From assembly GCA_040954595.2 (NCBI GenBank), contig CM082593.2, forward strand, positions 1,746,901 to 1,810,900: 64,000 bases of DNA, read 5' to 3'. A program made the position numbers and the translations under genes. The notes under the pieces were generated by a model. The model ran no database searches, had not been told where the DNA came from, and worked only from the letters and a program-made list of their open reading frames with translations. This DNA is from Balanoglossus misakiensis (lineage: Eukaryota > Animalia > Hemichordata). This document shows positions 26,235 through 39,752 of the stretch, in pieces; positions within the stretch are counted from its first letter, which is position 1; each line of letters begins with the position of its first letter.

Positions 26235-29200
26235 GTGAGTATATCGCTTTCCCTTTTCTCATGTTTAGTCATACTGAATTACATTTTGCATTATTTTACT
26301 CAATTATATTTTCGACGATAGTTTAAACAATTTCAAACTTATGAATACACTTCTTATACAGAATGAGTAGATGTATGTATGATAAGGCTGTTCAGCGGCA
26401 AAATATTTGATCTTGAAACTAAAACACATCAGAGTAATGTGAAAGGACACTATACTATAGGCTAAAACATTATGCCTCCTGAGTGTGGTGATTTATTTTG
26501 AGGGTTGAGGCACAAGTTTACAAGGCTACAAGTCGTCAATTTCACGACGTAATGTTTATTTCATAGGAGATTCATAAAGGTCAGTATGACGGTTTTTAAG
26601 TGACCCACTCTTATTATAATTTATTGATTTCTCTTTTGAGACATAAATCCACTCTAAACATTCACCAACAATATAAATAAGTAATTACACCAAATTGACA
26701 AAAAACTGGGATGTTACACAAACAAGTCTAAGTGATCTGATCTGGTACAGTGAAAAGCTATTTGTTTACGTGCTAGCCACAAGCACTGCTCTAAGGAGCC
26801 TACATACTTATGGTCTATCGCACTCTTGTCATTTCAATCCCACTATCGAGATGATGATGCAACAATCACAATGAAATTGAGCAGGAGCAGTGGGTACATG
26901 AATAACTTTTGATGTTTCTTCAGTTCTACATTACTCAGTGTGTATAAACTATTCTACACTGGATAGGATATGTTAACATGCCCGGTGTCCAAATACACCC
27001 ATTGCGAATCTCTTGCCGGAAGTGCAGTTTTTAAGGGACATGTCTTGTATCATGTGTATGCAGCTTAAAAGAGTATTTCTTGGAGCAAAACGCCATGATT
27101 CCTTAGAGACAACTGTATACAGGAAAACGAACATGGGGGAAATTACTGGAAGACATACCCCATGTATGGGAGACTTGAACCCTGGTTTATAAGGTTGCCC
27201 ACCCACTTAGATAACAGCATGTGAGGCGTGCTATCTGTCTGTACTATGATCAGAAGCCCAACTTTTCATTCGTCGTGTGTCAAGAGGCTTCTTTGCTATG
27301 TGCCGAGAGGTTTTCGTCTGTATATGTGAAGTAATTTGTTCTGGTATGATCGATAGACATGATGCCCTCATCATGTATCAAGCATTACGAATTATGTATC
27401 GAGTCTACTGAAACTCCAGTGACGTCCCCAGAACATCAAAAATAATCTATTTGAACAAAGAAAGGTTAATATGTCGTATACGACCCAAATCAACCAATAC
27501 TGATAGGCAAATTTCATATTGAACATGTTTTCACTGATTCAGAATCAATCTAAAATGGTTGTCTGTTGGGTGAACAGTAGCCATGCATTGGTTTCAAGTT
27601 CGAAATCAAGTAACATTTTATACTAGTAGTTACTGACAGAAGGGTGAAAAACAACGTGAACTTACTCTATCTACTGCACAATTATGCTATAAAATAAAAA
27701 ACTATGTGAGATTAAACGAGCTATGACATGGTAGAGAAACTCTTAAATAATTCAATTCCTAGTCAAGTGCTGACACCAATTTATGTGGCTATGTAAATGG
27801 TTATCAAATGTTAACGACCGTGAACATAAATGTTTAAAGCACACGCCTGTAATCAAATCAAAATGAAGCGTTAACTTTCTAGTTTGCAAGCAAAGATGTT
27901 CTTTATCTCTAGGGTGTATACAAAATTAATATTATATGAAATTCGTCAGCTATGGGCAGATTGTTCTAATAGTTATCATTTCAGAAGCCTTTGCAATGAT
28001 TTTTGCTAAGACTGGCATTTATGTACCAGCTCTGATATACAGATTATTACTCATAAAGTCTCTAATAAATCAGACTAATGCACTATTCTGCATTATAAAT
28101 ATCTAGGCAACCATTTTGCATTTCATTTCATTGTGTTGCCTGTTGCTTGGCAAAAGTCAGTTCTCAAAATTGCTTTGGCATGCTGAGTGATAACCTTTGA
28201 ACTGCACGATTTAACCATTGAAATTATGAACTTGGCATTCTCTTTATATACCATCGGGATCTTAACCAACCTGAACAGACAGGCATACATGATGTAGCCG
28301 ACACTGGAGCATATTAATCATGTGGTAGTTGCCTTGGTGAAAGCTTCCCTCGACCAGCTTAGCATTAAATACTTACTTTTTAAAAGATCAATGTTTAAAC
28401 AGAGAACGGCCTTGACCGCTACCTAATACTATTAAACGAGAGAGACACATGTACACTGTATACGCATGGAAGGGTGGGAACTGACATTTTGAGAAGAATT
28501 ATAACTTTTCTTGCTTACAACAATTTGAAAGCTGACACTTTGCCCTGGGTGGTAACACCGACGCTCTTCAAATTAACACTGACTTATATTACTCTACAAC
28601 GTCATTAAGTGACAAAACATGAAGATTTATTGACATTGGCAGTGTTTGGTCAACTTAAACGCATGTGCCGCAAAGAAAAGAGGCTATGTCATCCAAAATT
28701 TATCAACACTTGGATTCATTTGAAACCATGCTATGTAAGTTGTGCACTTGCTACTAATTTCAAATTAATGGGTTGGCAGACAGATACACGCAAGCATGCA
28801 TGCGCGAACAAATGCCAGTGCTTTCTCACAAATGTTTGGTTCTTTTAATTTTTTATGTCAGTGTGAACCAAAAAGTTCCTTTGATCATTTCTTTTAAAGT
28901 GTATTGTATGATCACACCATCATATAATTTCTAAAGTCATAGGAGCGTTTTAAATAAGCCTTTTAGACTAGAGAAGCGAAGACACAAAAAAGACTTGTTT
29001 TATTTTTAAATGGTTTTATTTGCTATTACTCATCAACTATATCTTATTTGGAATGTTTGGAAATGTGAATATATATCGTGTCTATGTTTCTGTGCTGGCA
29101 GTCGATACCGCTGAACAAACACGCTTTACTTTGATTTGTATTGTGTGCTTTTATGCATTTATGAGTTTGCAATGAGAAACATTTTTCCCCGGATGTCAAA

Positions 29201-32200
29201 CTGATAGGCTTCAATGTTTAAGTGGTGTTGGACACGGGGGGAAATCACAATTGTTAGAAACATGCCATCTATTTCGAAGTGTTCAGGATGTGGCTTTGAT
29301 TTTACCACAACTATTTCTGCGTATTGATCGCTTTGTATCCATGGATACTACTTCTTTGTGTGGGCTTTAGTGTGAGATGGTTGCAAGGAACAGCAAATGT
29401 ACACTGTATTTTCAAGCCGAACGATAATGGATAACTATTTCAGGCTTGTGTGGTATTCAAAACACTGCACTGTCTTATATGAAATATTACCTTACAATGT
29501 CAAGTGGAAGTTAACATGAAACCTAAGTGTATGAGGAGGATTTATTACTCCATAGGAGAGGATTCAGATGGCACCCCTCCCAGTTAATTGAACTTACTCT
29601 ATCAGGCTAGAAGAGCAGTCTGTTAAGAAGGTTTATGTACAAATAAACATCATTAAAACTACCCGATCGTTCGAATATGAAAGACCGCTAGTGTCAGAGT
29701 AGTGTATTTTACCCTTGGATAGAATGCAAAGCTATTGCATATAACGAGAGAGATTCAGAACAATACAATCGGTATTCAGGAGAGTTTATTCACTTTGATC
29801 AGCACCAATAAGTATTCTCCCCGGGTTCTGCAGATTACTTTCTGTAAAACGGCGATTTATTTGCACCGATGACAATCTTCAATAGCTATTCAGATTACTG
29901 CTTTTGGACCGGTGTGTGTTTTAACAACATTCCACAGAAATAGTGCTGTGCAGCCGTGCTCGGAAAGATGTTCCCGTGACTTTCCGACTGATTCGCATGG
30001 ATCGAGGCTGCCTAAATGGAAAAATATCCGCAGGCCATTCTCTGTAAACTCTAACAAGATTTCTTTTCAAACATTATTGCATTTAACTTAAGACTATAGG
30101 GTGATTTTGCCTTGTACATGAAAGTGTTACTTAATATGTTAATGGATATACTGAAAGCCTATTCATTTTACCTCTGGTTGTTTTCCCCCAATGCAAGTCA
30201 TATAAACCTGAATAGCGTTTCAATAAGAGATAAAGTTGAGCAACTTTCTACAGCATATAGGGAGTACACAGTATTTCATGGCACACTATCCTCGAGATGA
30301 AACTTAAACTTCGAAATCACATGATACATATACGATATCATGAATTTTCTACATACTTCTTCATGTCTACTTTCTATTTGAGATTAGGTTAGGCTAGAGG
30401 TACAAACTAGAAAATGAGGATATCACTTCGAGTCTTAGATAAATATTATTCTTATGACCACTGACTGGAATCTGTACTGCCCACACAGTCAAGCCCTTGG
30501 GAAGGGAGTCTTTAATGACAGGAGAAAAAATCAATGACTATGCAGAGCATGTTCAACTCTGACATCCAATTGAACTTACTTGAACTAACGTAGCACCTTC
30601 ATTTCAATAACGTCCACCAGACCAGAATTTCAACGACGATGAAATGCCTACCTATCTTTGTGCCCAGTTTTCTAGTTGGCCATAATATCTTTACTTAATT
30701 TCAAATATTGAATCTATGTTTTCCAATTCTAAATTCTGTAGAGTAAGGCTATTTTTCAACAGCTACACCCTTTCAGATAAATTGCACTCAAGGGTATTTA
30801 AAAAAAATTGATCTCCCTTCTGGGCCAACTCCACAATTTTATTTTGACCTTAATTCACATGATTATTTGGCAAAACCTGTTACTTTATTCAATATTTAAG
30901 ACTTCGCAGGTTGCTCGTGCTTTCAAAGCAACCATTTTGTGTAAACTTTTCCCTACTTCCACCATATCTGTGATATATTCTTGTTTTACATTGGACAGAC
31001 AGGTGTTGTGTCTTCCCCCATGGAATCATGCCATCTCAAGTACAGCTTTAAAATAATACATAATTCAAATAACAAGTGAACAAGTTGCAATTGTATACCC
31101 TTAAATACTTAAATGTTGGAATTATATTCATGAAGACCATTAAAATCACTGCAGTATATAACCATCTATAATTCCCATTTTTTGCAAATAGAGATAAAAT
31201 GACATAATAATTCCATTTCATGTTTTCTTTGCACTAAAAGGTACAATGTGTTTGCCATGATAATGGGCTATTTCCTACCAGTGGCAGCTATGGCAGTGTC
31301 GTACTCTATTGTTGGAATAAAACTCTGGGGAAGTCACGCTCCCGGTGAGAGTTCCAGTCGACACAGAGAGCAATTGAAAGCAAAGAGAAAGGTGAAGTAT
31401 AGTTCAATATCCTACATGTCATGTTTTTCTAATGATAAAGACAGTGTGTCTCTTATGTTGTTTGAATAATCCAACCATAGTGTGTGTCACATTGCGTGAA
31501 TTCAGTTGAGTACATCTACGTGTTTTTGTTTGACGGAAGTCGCGATGTTGACTTGTGGTTCATTGAGGTCAAGTTTAGTTGACAATCCATCAAGTGCAAA
31601 TGTAAACCCTCAAAAGTCAAAGTGGCGCTCCAGTGTACTTTTGGCGTCTTGTCTCGCAATCAATTTGCTGTAATGCAACATCCTGGATGACGTTGACATC
31701 GGGAAAACGCTGATATGTCGGGCTTCATTCACTTCATCTCACCATACACACACAAGCTGGTGTCTTTTACCAGGGGTGGGGGTTGTCTGTACTACATATG
31801 TGTAGTAGTACAGAGAACCCCCTAATCATGGCTGCCATCTTTGATCGAACCGCATCAGTGTGTATGCGCAGTTACTGTACTTTAAGGCACTTTCAAGTTG
31901 CGTTTGTTATCTTCAAAAACAAGTCAGATTTAATGAATTTGCATTGTGGGCATGGAATGTCAAAATTTCCTGCCAAGGGATATATACAACCAAGAAAACA
32001 CACACCTATTTAAGCAAGGACTTATCCTTCAATTACTAACCATATAACCTGCATTAATTATACAGTTAAATGAATGCTTAGGCATGCGGAAACTAGGCTC
32101 ACGTATTTCCCGACCTTTGTTTATTCAAGGATCAAATTAGCTTGATTCTCCCATAAACTTGTAAACGTTGTAAAAAAGTGTTCACTTACTTATTGAAAAT

Positions 32201-35200
32201 GTGTCTGCAACTTTACAGGGCTTTCGGTCGATTTTTATGAGATGGCAATCTGCCATTCAGTGATTAAACCTTGATTTGACACTGTGGCCTTTAATGGCCT
32301 CTAACAGAATATAAAAAAGGAATTTCAAGGTTAAACCAGCATTCTCCACGCATAAAAGTCCATGGTTGTCACAGTGCTTTTTAAAATTTTGCGATTAAAA
32401 TATCTTAAATGAAATTTGTCTGATGATTACTGCCCTTGAAGTTTTGTATACATGGGCCTGTAGCAAGTAGGGGCTTCTCTTGAGGTTATATGATGCAACT
32501 GAAGTCAGAGCATTAGTGTACTTGTGTGAGTTAGCGTGCGTCATCAACACTTTTCCTGCGAATAACACCACTGAACGATCGCATCTTATTTCGTAACATT
32601 GTTAGAGTTACATAAATCACGTTTTCATGAGTGGGTGATGGCACTCCAGGTAAATAAAATAAGTTCTTTCTTTTCAAAATATTCATTGTCTTGAAATCTA
32701 ATCAGCTGATGAAATTGTTTCACACGTGCTAGACTCACTGAGCACAGTGTGTAATTGAGTCTGCAGGAAGCCTGATCAAGAGAAAGTGTTAGAAATGTGA
32801 TTTATGTGAAGAAGACGCTTATCTGATTCAACAGTTATGGAGCTTCATCTTAGATTGTTTTAACCCGGCTTCATTATCAAAAAAGTAATCATGAGTGATG
32901 GTATGCTGTATAATATAGTGCGCAATAAAGACATGCCTTCTTTTAAGCATCTATTATTAATGAAACCCACTCCATCAAAGTGATCAAAATCTACTACATT
33001 AACCTTTCATGCTAATCTTTTATTTTTCACTTCTATGCAACAACATTTTGGCTCAGAATTTGATGATATGGAACGTGTGTGTTCACTGTTTGTACTAGTA
33101 GTACAGCTACAATATTTGTTTTCTGTAAAATAATATAAGGGTATTGGACTCCGCATACTTTGGGGTGTGTTGGTTAGAGTCCTATACACTCTTTCCTGTT
33201 TGTACATGTACCAACATATACACGCATGTATGCATGTGTGTATTTACATCTATTCAGTTTACTTCATGTTACATGAATTCACGCATGAAGGCTTTTTGCA
33301 GTCTTCATCGATTGCCATTCGGTTGACTGCAGTTTCCATGCTCTTCACACACGCGTGAACAAATCAGCCTATTTCTATGGTGATTGATGGTCGTCGTTAG
33401 AGTCGTATAAAAATAAAGCACACCTGCTGGGCCTATAGCTAGCTTACAGAAGAAACCGCTGAGCATTTTCTTTGGAAGGCCATAGATGTTTTGTAATGTC
33501 AATGGTTCATGATGCAACTTGTCTCTGATAGAGTCCAGTATCTTTGAGGAGATATTGTTATTTATAGAATATAAGACTTAGGCTGGGAGAGCCAAGTACG
33601 GGTTATTATTATGTACCAAAACTCACTCTGAGCGAGTACATTGCATGTCAGATAAAATGTATCATAAATCAGTGTCAGTCTTGATTGCATAACGCGTTGA
33701 AGTCTAGATCTAGGTATTTTATCAGGGTAATACATACATTGTAATGTAGAGGGATGACTGCAGGACTTAAACAGCAAAAAAATTGTGCTTTAAATTTGTC
33801 AGTGGACAAACAGGAACTTTGTATCCGTTTTCTGTTGTGGTTTGTTTGAAAGCCAAAGAGGTACGTTCAATGAGTATTTATGAGACTTAATAACAAGCCA
33901 CAACTCATAAATTAATTCACTGTGATCGCAGCATTACTGATATTATATTTACCACCCTCTGCAGGTCGTAAAGATGATGATCGTTGTAGTACTTCTATTT
34001 GGGATCTGTTGGTTACCAATCTATGTGTATATATTACTTGGTCGTCACCATGAAGAGGTTTATAGAAGTGAACATATACAAGAAATCTATATGTTTATAT
34101 ATTGGGTTGCCATGAGCAACTCGATGACCAATCCGTTTATATACTGCTGGATGAACGACAGGTTGGTATACACAGTGTGGACATGGTAACACTTGCCATA
34201 TATGCTGGCATTTACTTTAAAACACAGTCCTGAGTTCCATGCAAGCTTAAAAAAAGATGAGCTAAAATGATGAGGCGCCAAGATTATGCCAAATATAATC
34301 TTGAGAAATATGGGTGCACTGTCAGCATTTTGTTTTCCTATATCCATACATGAAAAAAATGAAACTTGATATCATTTCTAACTGTTCCTAAGAGAAATCC
34401 TTTTCCGTGATTGCCAAAGTGTTCAAATATCGTGACGGCCGATTACCTTGCTTGTTATTTTAAGAAAGGACTTATATGGCTTAGTGGTATTAGCATTTAA
34501 CGATTGCTTTTCATTCAGGTGGGGAACAAAATGATCACCATGAAAGGAATTGCCTGATTGAAAATTGCGTATCTTGTTCTTCAATCATCAGAATTTTCAA
34601 CGCCACCTGAAACATGGCAGAGCTTATTAGTTTAATTTAACTTTCGAGTGATATTCATCTCGACGTAAAAATTGAAACATATATCTGAGCTTCATTTCAT
34701 TGCTTTGCAAGAAATCTTTCCACAGACCTTTGGACAAAATCTGTCTCAAGAAACATGACATTATGTGAATGTTACGGTCGAGCCACTGTCTGAGTAGATT
34801 CTTCATGAGCCATCTAGTGATGGCTCCAGAATAATGCTTTTCTGCATTCTATGTGACTCTGCATGTTCACATAGACGTTGAAATTTTGTGATGTACGACC
34901 TCAATTACACTTGCTTAGATGTGCAATATGTGCACAAAGACTTGCGTAGGCGCACAATTCATGGATTTGATTGGTGTAGTAAAGCGACGTAAAGTATAGC
35001 AACCTATTTCTGTCTGTGTTTGCGCGATTTGTGATTATGCGTGTGCTGCCATAATGTTATTAAAACCTATTTTGCATGTTCCAAGTTATACGTTTAATGA
35101 ACCCGTGAAGTGTGTGTAATTTCCGCATGGTACACATAAATTTATTTGTATACAATAAACAGTTGTTGAGGGTATCTTATATTGTATCGTTTGTCGATAT

Positions 35201-35641
35201 GGTTTTTCGTATGAGATCTATATCACACCAGATAAATTGCACTCTGATGCAGATAATGGCAATCGTTCTAGACACGTATACCGGGTATGCTGTAATTTTA
35301 TTTCTTTCAGTTATTGTTGTGTAGATCGCCTGATAATCACGTTTGTTTTGTGGCAAGTGAAAAATGAGAGTATTACTGTCCTCAATGTGCAGGTGTTTGT
35401 ACTTTCAAACGTTTGCGGCCATGTTGAATTCACGGTATGTTGTTCTCCCAACAGATTCAGAAAGGGCTTCAAAAAGGCGCTTCGTTTCTTGCCGGGTGTC
35501 AACTGGAAACCAGAAGACAGCATTGACGCTCCTAGGCCGAGTACGTTGAGCAGTTATGCCTCGGGTCACAGTATGAAACTATCGCGGAATGGATCAGTTA
35601 TGACAACTGTGGAAGACACTCCCGCTGAAAATGTCTTGTAA
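25597..35641 (+). CDS. TACR: Tachykinin (neurokinin) receptor-like GPCR, gene A; 4 coding exons, joined CDS 1173 nt / 390 aa
   Basis: Exons of 638+151+197+187 nt join in frame through GT-AG introns of 5006, 2573 and 1293 nt. Motifs: FTQPA..[38 protein letters not shown], CxxxWPD, [51 protein letters not shown]. All are characteristic of tachykinin-type receptors (vertebrate TACR1-3, Drosophila TkR99D). Family-level call only, no 1:1 orthology claimed. Confidence 0.93.
31241..31391 (+). CDS. TACR: Gene A coding exon 2 (TM5-ICL3), 151 nt
   Basis: Acceptor ttttctttgcactaaaag|G; encodes (W)YNVFAMIMGYFLP...EQLKAKRK; donor AAG|gtgaag, phase 0. Confidence 0.93.
31778..31822. repeat. Inverted repeat/hairpin in gene A intron 2
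   Basis: GGGGGTTGTCTGTACTAC-(9 nt)-GTAGTACAGAGAACCCCC; 17 of 18 positions pair. Confidence 0.8.
33965..34161 (+). CDS. TACR: Gene A coding exon 3 (TM6-TM7), 197 nt
   Basis: Acceptor ccctctgcag|GTC; encodes VVKMM...CWLP...[10 protein letters not shown](R); donor AG|gttggt, phase 2. Confidence 0.94.
35455..35641 (+). CDS. TACR: Gene A coding exon 4 (helix 8 and C-tail)
   Basis: Acceptor ttctcccaacag|A; encodes (R)FRKGFKKALRFLPGVNWKP...MKLSRNGSVMTTVEDTPAENVL*; clearly homologous to gene B exon 4b. Confidence 0.92.
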
Positions 35642-38600
35642 TTCCATAGAATAAAGGCGTCTAAATATCACACAATGGGGGGAAATATTTCCACCCAGTG
35701 CATTACACACAGATAAATACAAATCATGAGTGCGTTGCGAAGCCAGACATCATGATTTTAAAAATGCCTTCTCCACCATGTGCATATCAGGCAGGCTTTC
35801 GCAGAAGGAGATAAAATGTTGACAAGCGGCTCAAGACGATGATGGCTCAGTTGGCCTAGTCTTATGAAAACTCCGAGAAGTAATTAGCTATTTTGAAAAG
35901 AGTAATTTCAAATCGACAACGGAAACTGGTTTGAGGTAGTTGACATAAATTAGTCTGGTCCTTTTGAAAGAATAGAGGTTAATGGATGTAGATTCATATC
36001 CTGTGGGTAGATGTTTTCCGTTTTAAGGTTAAGGGGTCAATGAACCTAAAGACGTTATTAAACCATAGAACAACCAGATATGTCATGCTCTAAGATAACG
36101 TCTGTTTTCAGAGAGATATCTACCGTATATTAACAGCATGTCAGTTGAAAGGAGTAGGATTATGTAGTTGTGAGAGGCCACAAAAGGCTGTGATTTATTG
36201 TCATTCCTAAATTAATAGTCTAATCGAACTATTATCCATATAATATATAAACTGTAGAATCAAAAGATAGATTTAGCAAAGTATATCGTCATTGTCGATA
36301 GAGTAGTATTGACAAATTGCAAGTCGTAGCAGAAAAGTGGTGTTCCGTAAATAGACGTATTTGTTCGTGACACAGATAATCTCATACCAAGACTTTTAAC
36401 TTTATTTCAATCATTTTTCAGTGATATTTAATAAATAGTTGTAAAACATTGTCTAACCTATAAGCCTTCGCAATCATTTGACATATCATATTAACAAATA
36501 GGTTTCACTACCTTGTAAGCGATAAATAATTTTCAGGATTGATGAATAGTAAGTTTAAATTCCATAGTAAAGTCACTGTCTTATACTTTTTTCTCTTTTT
36601 TCACTTTTTTGTCATAGGTGTTGTTGAAACTTGCAGAACATGACACGCAAGCAAACTAAGAAAATACATATTCTTCCGGTAGTATCTATTTTTCTTGTTC
36701 CTGTAGTCTTTTTAAACAGCCTTTTCAGAAGAACGCCCTCAAACATTTGATAGTATGAGTCTTCGTTTTTATCAGCTATAGTCAGTGGCTGTGCAAAGTT
36801 TTTGTATTTTTGCGCCTTTTAGACACCAGATGTGTTTTTACATTGGTGACAAACGATTCCTTAAAAATCATCTTGTGTACTTAACTGTTTTTATGATCAA
36901 ACACTCTTTAATGTGAAATTCCAAGTTTTCTCAACATGAGAGAGATTACTGGGTAACAATTTATAGACTAAAATCGCATGCTCAAGTAGCTTCTGTTGAC
37001 TTTATTGGTCTAGGGGACACAGTTGAATTTTCTTTCAAGTCTTTCAATGTCAGATAAAGAGAAAAAATGATTTTCTTTAGAATTAGGAAGTCAGTTGGAG
37101 TGATGAGTGTTGACAATATTCTATAAATGTTAATTAATATGGAGTGATGTGGTAAATGGCTAATAACAGGCATATAGGTAACAAGAGACTGCAGTCACAT
37201 TACCTTTGTGAGAAACTGTTACCTTTTTACTTTATTTTAGCTCTTAAAACGTTTCTTGCAAGATTGGTGATATAATTGGGTGTTTAAACAGCAACTCACA
37301 GACTCAAGCAAAGCAATGACAAGTACAATTAACATACATGAGTGACGAAAAAAAAACAAAGTCACTCAAAGATGTTATACTAGTGGGCGCTCTTCTATGC
37401 CCTCTGCCTCAGTAATCAAGTATTTAGCGCTCTTTTACCGTGTATTGATTAGCTTCAGTTAGACTGAAAGCATCTCTCTTTTTCGGATAAAAATGAATGC
37501 AACCTAAAGCTATTCCAGTAATAACATAATTGGAACTATTTTATGATTATTAGATGTTCAGAAGTATCGTATTAAATCAACTGAATGCTAGGAAACTGCA
37601 CTTAAATTATTTGTTGTACAGTAAAAAATAGAATTGCCGTGATTTTACAAAAATATTCCAATAGGACAGTTACTATTATCGCATATTTTGTATTTGGCAT
37701 TCTATGATTTTTCAGCTTAATTAGCTTAGCAGCTGCAGGCCTTATTCTCGATGCGGGAAGTCTATAAATTAGTTCCATGTACTACCGTGTACTACATTTT
37801 ATTAGTCCTAAAATCCAGGCAGATTAGATGAGTGCAGCTGTAAGAATCAACCATCCTTTATGTGTATAGCAAAACTAGACTATATAAAATTGCTTTCAGT
37901 GTACTGTTACAGGGAGTTGAATATTGTGGTTGATTTCCCGCACACAAACTGGTCACATGTGATTTGCATGTAGATTAAGCATCCTATCGGATTAAACTAA
38001 GATCAGTTGTAACGTTACCCGTCACTGGCATAACCCGTTTTTCAACAATCTCCACACCATGGTTATTTCGTTAAAAGATGGTGATTTTGGCGGCACTGAT
38101 TTTCAAAATATTAATACCAAAGATATCAAGTTTGCATACCTGAAAGTTGCGACCAACTTTGTAAGTTGCGAGGGGCCCTTGCCGGTTAATTGCCAAAGGA
38201 TCGAATGCATGTCATTACCGCTATTCAGGAATCACCTTTCACTTTTTCTGGTTACTTGACCTGTTTTCTTCGTGATCTTTCTAAATCCGGTTATGCAGGC
38301 AGGATTTCAATCTTAATGCTTTTGGGCCTGACTTTCAGGCGATGTGCTCCTTATTTTAAACAAAGTGTATCAGACAGTAGATGGTTTAGCTGAAGATTAA
38401 GATGCACAGTATGATTAGTATACTTGTAGAGAACCATGCCATGGCACCTGTATCATCACTATAGATATCAAACAGATGTTCACCGTAAATTCTGTTCCAT
38501 TAAACTCCTGTGAGTTGCACCTTTTCCCACAAATCCTAATGAGCAATGTTTCATAATTTAACTAAGGACTCAACAGATGCAGTGGTTGAAAAATGCATGC

Positions 38601-39700
38601 CAATAAATATGTGACAAATTCATAATTACTCCAAATAATGAAGAAAATTAAGATGAGAGGAAACTTGCTTTTAAGGGTAGTTGTAGACGTGTATTTTGTT
38701 AGTTTACATATTAGATGTTGACTATGGAAAGTCATATCGGATACTGTGACGGATACACATACCTTGTGTATCTCAATAATTTCAATGTGTTGAATGTCAT
38801 GGTTCTATAGTGCTCAAACTTATGATGCTTTATAGTGCCTAACGTGTGTATGTGTTGGCATTATTTCGCAAATTTAACATACAACAATTGAACAATTGTA
38901 AAAGAATAAAGCATTAAAAACAGGTTCATGGTTACATCAAAATATATGCATTTGATGATGTTCTCGCTACTGATATTTAGGCTATCGTTTGGAAGGTGAT
39001 GGGTCTTATTTCTTTAGTATCACCTCATGAGAAGTGAACCATTTGGAATTTTTATTTTGTGTCATTTTTCTTCTCAAACATTTTCTGTAGAACCATTATT
39101 GATCTACTATGTGTCATAAATAGCACATGATTGTTTAGATGTGTATGAACATTTCTGGCAAAACATATTAAACTGTCATTAGTTTATATTTCATTGCAAA
39201 TGTATTCAAGGTAGCCTTTTGTGCATTAAATCCAATTAACACTAATTTCTTACATGCAAGAACCGATGACCTTAAAGGAATGTAAATGTTCCAGATGGTC
39301 TTCATCTAATAATGTGGCTACACCAAATATTCATAAATGGGATACTCGATCAATTCGGACGAGCTCGAGTGAATATCAAATTGTCCACTTCAACCAAACA
39401 CGTTCGTGATAAATACAATATTTTCCCTTCTTTATATTTCTTTTACTTAATGGAATTGTTTTGGTAACATATTTAACACGAAATCATTAGTAATGCTTCC
39501 GAATGTTTAAATAAACAGATTGTAATTGTATGACAATTTTTTTGTCAATCAATTCTTCTGAGTATTACAGAAAATTGAGCAATTTCATTCGCAAGTCCAT
39601 TGTGTGCTAGCAATTCAGTGTGTGGCATTAAACACTGCATATAAGAAATGTTTGCAATGTGTCATGTCATTCTCTGTGGTTACCATCATTGTACATAATA

Positions 39701-39752
39701 TACATACATACATACATACATACATACATACATACATACATACATACATACA
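39701..39752. repeat. (TACA)13 microsatellite between the two genes
   Basis: Direct read, perfect array. Confidence 0.95.

Noticed and set aside
35650-38910. AATAAA hexamers after gene A (35650, 38905)
   Set aside because: Frequent by chance in AT-rich DNA; the true poly(A) site cannot be chosen without transcript data.
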